NCBI RefSeq assembly: GCF_052425735.1 | Contig: NC_135761.1 | Span: forward strand, 63,922,001 to 63,986,000 | Direction of reading: 5' to 3' | DNA: 64,000 nucleotides | DNA from: Oculina patagonica | Taxonomy: Eukaryota | In this document: in pieces, positions 20,013-29,675 of the stretch | Numbering within the stretch: position 1 is the first letter of the stretch | Layout of the letters: each line of letters starts with the position of its first letter | Notes under the pieces: generated by a model | Database searches by the model: none | What the model saw: the letters and a program-made list of their open reading frames with translations, nothing else | What the model was told of the DNA's origin: nothing | Program-made: the position numbers and the translations under genes

Positions 20013-20069
20013 ATTTAAGAATTGCTCCATGCCGAAACTGAATTACGAGAGGATGGTATTCAATCGCTT

Positions 20070-21005
20070 TAACAACAACAACAAATACCGCACGCTAAAT
20101 TATATTTTTTTTCGCGAGCGGTGAAAATCACAACAAAGTCGATGACACTTGTGCTTAGAGACCAAAAACGTGAAATTTTCGGCTCAATAACTTTCATCGA
20201 AATAATATCTTTTATGGTTGGACGTCCTTTTTGATTTAAGGGCCGAAAAAATAATTTTTCTTCGAGAAAAAAAAAACATTTGAACAACGGCCGAATGAAC
20301 CACATACAACAATTATATTTTTAGCGACCGGTGAAAAATCACAACAAACTCGTTGACACACTTGTTTAGGGTGTAAAAATGTGAAGATCCGGCTCAATGA
20401 CTTGCTTTGAGATTCACTAAAATAATATCATTCATGGTTGGACGTCCCTTTCATTTCAAGGCCTCAAAAACAAACAAACAAACGCATTTAAACAACAACA
20501 AATACCACACGCTAAATTATATTTTTTCGCGAACGGTAAAAATCACAACAAAGTCGTTCACACACTTGTTTAGAGTCTAAAAATGTGAAAGGTTCGGCTC
20601 AATTACTTGCTTTGAGTTTCACTGAAATGATATCATTCATGGTTGGACGTCCCTTTGATTTAAGGGTCGCAAAAATATTTTTTCCTCGAGAAAAACGCAT
20701 TTGAACAACGGCCAAATGAACTGCACGCTAAAATTATATTTTTTCGCGACCGGTGAAAAATCCCAACAAAGTCGTTGACACACTTGTTTAGAGTCTAAAA
20801 ATGTGAAAGAGTCGGCTCAATGACTTGCTTTGAGTTTCACTGAACTGATATCGTTCATGGTTGGAGGTCTCTTTGCTTTAAGGGCTGCGAAAAAATTCTT
20901 CTTCGAGAAAAATGCATTTGAACAACGGTCAAATGAACCGCTCGCTAAAATTATATTTTTCGCGAGCGGTGAAAAATCACAACGGAGGCGGTGACACATT
21001 TGTTT
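20070..21005 (+). repeat. Degenerate 200-220-bp tandem repeat (about 4.3 units) inside the Maverick
   Basis: aattatattt..cgcga.cggtgaaaaatcacaacaaagtcg recurs near 20098, 20311, 20514, 20733 and 20950. Confidence 0.85.
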
Positions 21006-21505
21006 AGGTTTTTTAAAAATCGTTAAAGCTTCACTTCTAGGTGGCTAGGTTTTATTTTTTCTGAATCCTAGTTGAAGGTTCCTTCGATATTTTTAGGACC
21101 GCGAAAAGAAAAAGATGAAAGCGTTTGTTTACGAAAGACAACGACAACTGCGCGAGCAATTTCGCTTAAAAGAATAATTCAGTCCATTGTTCATTCGTAA
21201 AGTTCGGTTTCATGTTTTCTTGACCATAAACACAACTAGACCAAAAAAAACTTGAACGAAATGAACGGGTCTAAAACCTTTTTCTTCTTTACTATGCACG
21301 GTTCATGATGGCCGCACGAACAAAAACAAACCACTCGTCAAAATTTACAACGTAACCAAATTTATTTTTCGCAGTAAATACATTTTATCAAACGCTCTTC
21401 GTCTTGTACAGTAGAGTATGGAGACATTAGCTCACCTTAAAGCTTATATCCTTCTTGAAAAGAGCTGTAATCCGACAAGAAAACTTCGTCCGTTTTGCTG
21501 TACTT

Positions 21506-21760
21506 TTCCGAGAATGAACACACGCGGGTTCCTAGAATTCCGAGAATTCCGAGAAAGATTCTCCACGCGCGTGCGTCGGGATTTTTCCCTTGGGGAAAAT
21601 CCCGTCAGCTTGGGATTTTACCCTTGCGGGGAAAATCCCGTCACCTTGGGTGACATTGATCATGAGATCTCATTGGTTCATTCTGTATCAGGTCACCTCG
21701 ATTGACCAATGGGAATGCTAGAGCCCAGTTCTTCTGGGATGGGAAAGTTGTATAAAAGGA
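21506..21760 (+). promoter_or_regulatory. Promoter of the PolB unit: 4 GAS motifs, 4 kB-like motifs, CCAAT, TATA
   Basis: TTCCNNGAA at 21506, 21529, 21538, 21547; GGGATTTT(T/A)CCC or GGGGAAAATCCC at 21578, 21592, 21612, 21628; CCAAT at 21706; TATAAAA at 21751; ATG at 21819. Confidence 0.7.
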
Positions 21761-21818
21761 GCTACCTTGCTCATTTATTTACTCGCAAACATAGTTTGGT
21801 CTGAGCGCTCATCAAGAT

Positions 21819-22112
21819 ATGGAAAAAGAGAAGACTTTGGAGGAGCCTGGAATTGAGAGGGAAGAACAGTTGGAGGAGCCTGGAATTGAGATACGAGACG
21901 AAGATGAAGAGGTGGACGTAGTTGGAGACGATGAAACGGAGGGCGAACCTGTCAAGAGAGCAAGATTACAGGTTAGCACGTGGTTGAATTCATCGCTCGT
22001 TTGCGACGTAAGTTCTTACATTGTGTTTTGTTTTCTGTCGTAGGTCGAGAGTGAAAGGTTGACAGCCGATACAAGCGCTACAAGTAACGAAGCAAGCACT
22101 TCGGACGAAGAG
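21819..22112 (+). CDS. Two acidic coding exons (21819-21971, 22044-22112), probable spliced 5' leader of PolB
   Basis: CAG|GTTAGC donor, pyrimidine tract plus TAG acceptor, GAG|GTAAAT donor; both exons phase 0. Confidence 0.6.
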
Positions 22113-22747
22113 GTAAATGGTTATTGTGATTATTTATCCAATGAAATAAAAGAAAAATTTATTGGGAGGCAGACTTCATGCATGCGGATTTGAAAATCGA
22201 TCACCAGTGAAGGAAAAGATGTGACGATTATAAACTTAACTGACCTGCGCATCATACTGTATCACAACGGCTATGTTTTCCGAGTAAAATGCAATGCTAA
22301 AATAAGAGAATGAATGATGTAATTATCATGGCAATTATCAACAATGTTTGAAACTGCAAACGTCGTTAACAATATTAGACTAAATGCCTTTTAAAGACAT
22401 GCACAAAATCCTTACTCTACATTAATTTCATTTTTATTCGCCACCTTTGATTTTGACGTCTTTAACATGTATGACGGGTGAATGAGATTTGGAAGGATCA
22501 GTTGAAGACAACAAATGTTAAGTAAATTTTAAGTAATTGTTTGTGCAAGTAGTCGATTACTGATTGACAAGGTCGTAGTCATGTCATGGTTTAGGAGCCG
22601 ACTACGTTCCTCCCTCCCCGCTTGCACACGAGTTAATGAAGTTGCTTGATTGGTTAGAAGCTTTATGTCCTCACGCAAACACCAAATAGGACATAGAGTT
22701 CACTCCTCGATTATTTAACTGTATTGTTTGTTTTATTTACATTTAAG

Positions 22748-25700
22748 ATGTTTGACTTTGAGCTGACTCCTCACGTCGACCGCCGCGTACGCAAGTTTGG
22801 TCTCCATATGAGGAACTACACTGCGCGTATTATCCAGAGAGGTGGAGGTGACTTGTCTGTACCCATAGGACAGAGACCCGTCTTGGCACAAGAAATGTCA
22901 GCTGCCCTCCAACGTGCCATACAAAGACATATCCTCACCGATGATAACGTCAGAGACAATGACCATCTACTCATCAATGTCAATAGCGACCGGTTACGCA
23001 ACGCCTATCACTCCGTACGACTCACAGTGAGAGATTGGCGAAATAACACAGCGCCCGCACAACAGGTGTTACAGCAATTGTCCGATATGTTGAACTCCAA
23101 CGAACACTTTACTATGGACGACGCCTTTAATATGAACATTTCTCATGTGAGAGACCCTGGAACCGGCGGTACCTCCAGAGCCATAAAGTTGGGTTTGGAT
23201 CCCATACAAAAAATCCTAAAGGATAAAAAGTGTGTGGTGCAAATCAAGAATACAGACAACTTGTGTTGTGCCAGAGCCTTGGTGACTGCCCAAGCGTATC
23301 GTGATTTCGGTTCAGATCACCCTCGTTACAAAGGTCTAAAGAATGGTCAACGGGAGCAAACGGAGGCAGCCCAAGAGTTGCATAGAAGAGCGGGCGTACC
23401 CGAAGGACCTTGTGGGCTCGATGAGATCACCCTCTTCCAATCCCATTTGAGAGAATACCAACTTGTCATCGTATCCGTGGAACACGGGTACCAGATTATT
23501 TACAAAGGGCCAGAAAAACCCGAAGCCAAGCGACTCGTGTTAATCAAACACAACCAACACTACCACACATGCAATTCTTTAAAGGGGTTTTTCGGCCGAA
23601 GCTACTACTGCCTTCGCTGTGAAACAGGGTATGACAGCACTTCCCGACACAACTGTCCCGGCACCAAATGCTTCGCTTGCCATCAGACGGACTGTACCGA
23701 CTACCGCCGCGGTGGCACCGCCGAATTGCCTTGCGTCGATTGCCGCCGGAACTTCTTTGGAGAAAGATGTCATCGACTTCACAAAACCCGCCAGAGCGGA
23801 AGCGGCAAGCCCTCCGAGTACGGTAAACGGAACAGCGTGTGCCACACCCATAAAAAGTGCCTCGATTGCCGAAAGATCTACAGCGGATACGAGATCAAAA
23901 ACGGACATCGCTGTGGCTTCAGTGAATGCCCTTCCTGTAAAAAGTACCATGACCTTCGTACGCACAAGTGCTACATACAAAACCCCGAAAAGATAGCGGA
24001 AGAAAGACGAAATAGGAAGAGAAGGAGAGATGGAACGTCCTCTACCCCCACCGAACGCGACCCACCCATCTTTGTCAGCTGGGATGCGGAAGCCATGCAG
24101 GAAGACGGAGAGCACGTACCCAACTTGATTTGTGCCATGACGTCCAACACGGACGGCGAATACAAGTTTGAGGGGGAGTCCTGCGTGGTGGAATTCTTGA
24201 CCTGGCTGCGACGTCTGGCCGAAGAAAACGACATTATAGCCCTCGCCCACAATTTTCAGGGCTATGACGCTTATTTTATTTTAAATGAATTGTACGCCCA
24301 AGCCATCTGCCCTGACCAAGTCGTCAATGGGGCCAAGATCCTGAGCATGAGCATCCCCGGCATCACCTTTAAAGACTCCATGTGCTTTATGCAGATGAGC
24401 CTTGCTACCTTTCCCAAAGCCTTTGGCCTCACGGAGCAAAAGAAGGGGTTTTTCCCCCATTTGTTTAACACTCTGAGCAATCAGAACTACGTGGGTCCCA
24501 TACCCGCAAGGGACTATTATGACCCTGAAGGCATGACAAAAGAAAGGAAAGAAGAGTTCGAGGTATGGTACCAAGAACGCGTGGATGAAGAGTACCAATT
24601 CGACTTCCAGCAAGAATTGTTATCATATTGCAAGTCAGACGTGAGGTTGCTGCATGATGGATGCCGCATCTTCCGGGAGGAATTCAAGGAAATGGCTGGG
24701 TTTGACCCGATGGACCAGTGCATAACCATTGCCTCGGCGTGTTCCCGATACTACAACACGCAGTGCCTCAAAGAACATACCCTGGCCTCTGAACCCGTTC
24801 GAGGCTGGCATGGAAGGGGAAATTCCCATTCGCGAGTTTCGTTAGAGTGGCTGCATTACCTAGACAGCCAATCCTCTACCCGTATACAACACGCCCGGAA
24901 CGGGGGAGAATGTGAACTCTTTCTCCGGGGACACAGTGTGTGCGTGGATGGTAAAGACAGCGACGACACCGTCTATGAATTTTACGGGTGCTTTTTCCAC
25001 GGCTGTCCTGATTGCTTCCCAAACAGAGACAGGAAGTACAGTCTGTTGAGCACGAGGAGTATGCGAGAAGTCTATGAAGAAACGCGATGTCGCGCCGCCG
25101 TCATCAGGGCCGCGGGATACACTCTCGTCGAAATCTGGGAATGTCAATGGAACAAGTTGAAAAAGGAAGACACCGCTGTCAAAGAATTTGTGGACTCGCT
25201 GGACCTGGTCACACGCCTAGAACCCAGAGAGGCCTTTTTTGGAGGACGCACCAATGCTGTCAAATTGTATGACAAGACCGAAGAGGAAGAGCAGATCCAC
25301 TATGTCGATTTTACATCGTTATACCCCTGGGTAAATAAAACTTGTGTTTACCCCCAAGGTCATCCCACCGTCATACTAGAACCGGGACATACAGACGTCA
25401 GCCAGTACTTTGGATTGGCCAAGTGTACCGTCAGCCCACCCTATGGTCTGTACAGCCCTGTGTTACCTTACCGTCAGGGAGGAAAATTGATCTTCCCTCT
25501 CTGTCGAAGCTGCCTGGAAACGGAGCAAAGCAAGCCATTGACGGAGCGGTCCGCCACTTGCCATCACACCCGCCAAGAACGCTCATTAACGGGCACATGG
25601 TGTACTCCTGAACTTGAAGAAGCGGTCCGTCAGGGTTACGTGGTGGACCACATCCACGAGGTGTGGCACTTTCCCCAACGATCGGACCAATTGTTTAAAA

Positions 25701-26665
25701 AGTATGTCAACACCTTCCTTCAGATGAAGCAGGAAGCGAGCGGTTGGCCCTCTTGGACCGGACAAGATCCTGAAAAAAGAGCCCAATATGTCACGGCCTT
25801 TTACGAGAAAGAGGGCATACAATTAAATGTTGACAACATCGAAAAGAACCCTGGCAAGCGCTCCTTGGCCAAGATGATGCTCAACTCCTTCTGGGGCAAG
25901 TACGGCCAGCAATGTAACAAGCCTCAAGTAGAGGCCTTTACTTCGCCCGCCGACTTCTACTCTCTCTTGAGAGATGAAAGCGTCATCATCAGCGACCTTA
26001 GGGTCGTCAACGATGAAATGTTGGAGATCGTTCATAGGAAGAGAGAGGGATCCGAAAACGTCCAGCCCAACGTCAACATCTTTGTGGCGTGTTTTACTAC
26101 ATGCTATGCACGCTTGAAGCTGTATCAAGACGGACTCTCTCGACTAAAGCCGGAACAGATCCTGTATTTCGATACAGACTCCCTCATTTATAAGCGAGGT
26201 CCCACAGATCCAACACTTCCTCTAAGCGACTTCCTTGGCGACTTCACTAACGAACTAAACGATGACGACTTTATTACTGAGTTCGCCTCTGCAGGGCCGA
26301 AAAATTACGGCTACAAAACAGCCCAAGGCAAAGTCTGCTGCAAGGTGAGAGGGTTCAGTTTAAATGCTAGAGGATCCTCCCAGTTAAACTTTGACATATT
26401 AAAGGATAATGTCATCTCGGAGGTGAGAGAGCCATTAGACGTGCCCCGCGACATCCCCGTCTTCAACCCGCATAAAATAACCCGAGATAAGAAGAAGAAG
26501 ACCCTCAACACAATCACCGAGATAAAACGGTACAAAGTCGTTTTTGACAAACGCATAGTGGATCGCAACTCATTTTATTCTTATCCATACAGATACATGA
26601 AGAGCAGACCTGACATAGAGGAAGAGGAACGAATAGACCTGGCAGAACTTTTAAATGGACAATAA
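22748..26665 (+). CDS. polB: Protein-primed family B DNA polymerase (TP region, OTU-like, Zn-finger, 3'-5' exo, Vsr-like insert, pol)
   Basis: Exo motifs WDAE, HNFQGYD, YCKSDV; pol motifs YVDFTSLYP, KMMLNSFWGKYGQ, YFDTDS, GPKNY, KVRG; uninterrupted ORF. Confidence 0.97.
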   Translation: MFDFELTPHVDRRVRKFGLHMRNYTARIIQRGGGDLSVPIGQRPVLAQEMSAALQRAIQRHILTDDNVRDNDHLLINVNSDRLRNAYHSVRLTVRDWRNNTAPAQQVLQQLSDMLNSNEHFTMDDAFNMNISHVRDPGTGGTSRAIKLGLDPIQKILKDKKCVVQIKNTDNLCCARALVTAQAYRDFGSDHPRYKGLKNGQREQTEAAQELHRRAGVPEGPCGLDEITLFQSHLREYQLVIVSVEHGYQIIYKGPEKPEAKRLVLIKHNQHYHTCNSLKGFFGRSYYCLRCETGYDSTSRHNCPGTKCFACHQTDCTDYRRGGTAELPCVDCRRNFFGERCHRLHKTRQSGSGKPSEYGKRNSVCHTHKKCLDCRKIYSGYEIKNGHRCGFSECPSCKKYHDLRTHKCYIQNPEKIAEERRNRKRRRDGTSSTPTERDPPIFVSWDAEAMQEDGEHVPNLICAMTSNTDGEYKFEGESCVVEFLTWLRRLAEENDIIALAHNFQGYDAYFILNELYAQAICPDQVVNGAKILSMSIPGITFKDSMCFMQMSLATFPKAFGLTEQKKGFFPHLFNTLSNQNYVGPIPARDYYDPEGMTKERKEEFEVWYQERVDEEYQFDFQQELLSYCKSDVRLLHDGCRIFREEFKEMAGFDPMDQCITIASACSRYYNTQCLKEHTLASEPVRGWHGRGNSHSRVSLEWLHYLDSQSSTRIQHARNGGECELFLRGHSVCVDGKDSDDTVYEFYGCFFHGCPDCFPNRDRKYSLLSTRSMREVYEETRCRAAVIRAAGYTLVEIWECQWNKLKKEDTAVKEFVDSLDLVTRLEPREAFFGGRTNAVKLYDKTEEEEQIHYVDFTSLYPWVNKTCVYPQGHPTVILEPGHTDVSQYFGLAKCTVSPPYGLYSPVLPYRQGGKLIFPLCRSCLETEQSKPLTERSATCHHTRQERSLTGTWCTPELEEAVRQGYVVDHIHEVWHFPQRSDQLFKKYVNTFLQMKQEASGWPSWTGQDPEKRAQYVTAFYEKEGIQLNVDNIEKNPGKRSLAKMMLNSFWGKYGQQCNKPQVEAFTSPADFYSLLRDESVIISDLRVVNDEMLEIVHRKREGSENVQPNVNIFVACFTTCYARLKLYQDGLSRLKPEQILYFDTDSLIYKRGPTDPTLPLSDFLGDFTNELNDDDFITEFASAGPKNYGYKTAQGKVCCKVRGFSLNARGSSQLNFDILKDNVISEVREPLDVPRDIPVFNPHKITRDKKKKTLNTITEIKRYKVVFDKRIVDRNSFYSYPYRYMKSRPDIEEEERIDLAELLNGQ

Positions 26666-27136
26666 GAATGTTGAACTTTTATTGGAACTTTGATTTGTTT
26701 GGATTTGACACACTTACTTTTCAAATTGGCCTCCTCATGTTGTTGAAAGGAGTGATTGTTTTAACAAGGTCAATTTCTTGTTTTCCTATGTTGCCAAAAG
26801 GAAGTCACCTTCGCGTAGAAATGCAATCGGTGGTACATAAACCGGATTAAGTTAATAGTGCTTTGAGAATTTTTTTGAAAATTTTTGAGAATGTCAAAAA
26901 ATGAAGAACATCCTCCTCGTTGTATTTACCGCGCCGTGAAGTTTTTGTGATGTCCATCATTTATTTCAGCACATTAAAGAAGAGGTTAAACGTGTACATG
27001 GTGTCCAATTTTCTTTTTTAGAAGTGCACACGATTTTCGTGGTTCGTAGTGTCACGCCGTGTCACGCAATCTGATGGGTCAGTCTTTCGTTCCCAGTAAT
27101 ACCGAGGAAAAGGGCGATTCACCCCCATCCCCCTCT

Positions 27137-27995
27137 CTTTACAAGCGTGTTTTTTCTCAGTATCGCCGACCCAAATTCTTTGAAAAAGCATGGCAATTTG
27201 TGAGCAATATATAATGGATGGTGGTCTTGCTAACTCACTATGAAGTGTGAGTGTATCGCGAATATCGAATATCGAAAATCGAATATCGAGTATCGAATAT
27301 CGAAAATCGAATATCGAGTATCGAATATCGAAAATCGAATATCGAGTATCGAGTATCGAGTATCGAATATCGAGTATCGAGTATCGAGTATCGAATGTCG
27401 AGTATCGAGTATCGAATATCGGAGGGCTTTGATGACGTAGGTCCCAATGGGACCACGTGGTCGATATCCAGGCTCACCATGTTGAATAAATTAAAATTAA
27501 AGCCGCCATCTTGAATACATTAAGTGATGACGTAGGAGGGTTTGGTCACGTGGGTCCCTAAGGTACCACGTGACCCATATCCGGGCTCACCATGTTGAAT
27601 AAATTAAAAGTAAAGCCGCCATCTTGAATACATTAAGTGATGACGTAGGAGGGTTTGGTCACGTGGGTCCCTAAGGAACCACGTGGTCGATATCCGGGCT
27701 CACCATGTTGAATAAATTAAAAGTAAAGCCGCCATCTTGAATACATTAAGTGATGACGTAGGAGGGTTTGGTCACGTGGGTCCCTAAGGTACCACGTGAC
27801 CCATATCCGGGCTCACCATGTTGAATAAATTAAAAGTAAAGCCGCCATCTTGAATTCATTAAGTGATGACGTAGGAGGGGTTGGTCACGTGGGTCCCTAA
27901 GGGATCACGTGGTCTATATCCGGACCTGTGATTGGTTCACTGCCATAATCCTGCAATCTGATTGGAGCACTGTGAAAGCGCCTACCTATACTACT
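27137..27995 (-). repeat. Right terminal inverted repeat (859 bp) with heptamer array (27255-27422) and 113-bp units (27432-27923)
   Basis: Reverse complement of 7157-8015. Confidence 0.95.
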
Positions 27996-28001
27996 GATAT
28001 T
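27996..28001 (+). repeat. Right target-site duplication GATATT
   Basis: Matches 7151-7156. Confidence 0.95.
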
Positions 28002-29675
28002 TGAAAAGATGTTTTAATTCAATGTAGTAGTTGTGTGTTTTGGGCATAGAGTTTCTCCATTTTTTCTGCGAAAAAAGTTCAAAAGAACTATTTCACCCGT
28101 CTTAGTTCATACCTTGAACCCGCGCTTCTGACAATATTTTGAAAAAATCCCTGCCTATTCCAGAAAGTTATCTCATGGCTGCGGATTGATGTGAAAAAGC
28201 AATAGTAAATATCTTTTCTTTAGAACACTTGGGTCATGCGCACTTTGTAACATCAATGCCTGACTGCTATATGAAAAACTTGTTTTAGAGCAAACAAGTT
28301 TCAAATTGTTATTAGGGCGAGCAGTGTTTGACATAATAAAAATTTGGTTTGTATCTGATCTTTCAAATTTTGTATTTTTCTAAGAAAAAACTGCCAGTGA
28401 ATCTATCTTTGCAAAGCCTTTTCATAGTTTGAATAACACTTCAGAAGTTGAAATTCTCGAGAAAAGGTCGCATTGTTTTTCCTTGCCTTTAAGAAAAAGA
28501 GCCACAAATCGGGAAGATAACTGGTCATAACCAGTACAGAGTAACTGAAAACAGATAATGACAAATTAGAAATCAAAAAAGGATGCTCGAATTTTGCCAA
28601 ACACGAATAAAACAAACAAAAAATAGCTTCCAAAGTAGAGTTTAATGCTCTACAATGCTCACATATCACATCAGTGTGTATGTTCAAGAGCTGACATCTT
28701 CATGGAGGCTTCAACTCTAACATGACGCCTTAATTATCTGCACTGAGCCTTTCAAGTGAGCTTTAAAGTCGCTCCACTGAAACACGTTCCCCACCCCTGT
28801 CAGGCACGACTTGGACATGCGCAAGATTTCCTGGTCCTTTATCACGTGATTCCAGATGTTGACACCTGTCATTTCACCAATGAAACTTTGACTGGCTTCA
28901 AAGGATCCTCCCACTGAATCTTGATCCTGTCCTAGTACCAGGGCTCCACCGCCACGGATCACGTGGCCTGCGTAAATATCAAAAGGATGAATATATCCAA
29001 TTACTAATATAAATAAAATTATATAGTAAGATTCTTTACATTTTTTAATATCAATTATCGTTTTATAGTTTTAAACTTTTACTTCTGTATTCAGATAAAC
29101 TTAGTGTCACCGACTAGTGCATCAAGAGTTAGAAGATTTGACACGTAAATAAAGTTAGTTACTTGTTAACCTATTGACTTTCTTACTTGCTTTACCTACC
29201 TACCTGCCTGCTTGACTGCTTGCTTTCTTACTTAATTATAAAATAGGAATTTATAGTGCCATATCCACAGAGTGGCAATTTATCCACTTTTTCCGCATCG
29301 GAGTGGAATTTTACACAGAATTAGGGTTTCAACGTTTAAATTTAGCGTTAACAATACGTTTTAGAGTAAGAGAGTTATATGAAGTACTGTTCTTGTTCAG
29401 GAACCATATTTGCTGACTTTACCTGCAAGACCTTTACCAGAAGCCGCAACCATGCCATCTTTGAACAACTTCCATGATCCAGCGGTATTCTCCCATGTTG
29501 CGCAGATGTGGTGCCACTTTCCATCGTTTGCAGATACAGATGTACGGCCACTACTGAAAGAAAGAAGCAAAGAGTTAGTATCACTCCTGAGATTCTTCCA
29601 GTTTTGTTCATTATTTCAGCCGTTAGATGGTCGTACATTTTCACTGATGTAAGTTACGTCTACATATATATATAT

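Larger units (their letters stand above)
7157..27995. mobile_element. Full-length Maverick/Polinton (adintovirus-like endogenous virus), 20,839 bp
   Basis: AG...CT termini, 859-bp TIRs, 6-bp TSD, and pPolB, rve integrase, MCP, penton, adenain and packaging ATPase genes. Confidence 0.97.

Noticed and set aside
26668-26850. 60-aa ORF after PolB
   Set aside because: Short, AT-rich, no motif; more likely 3' UTR.
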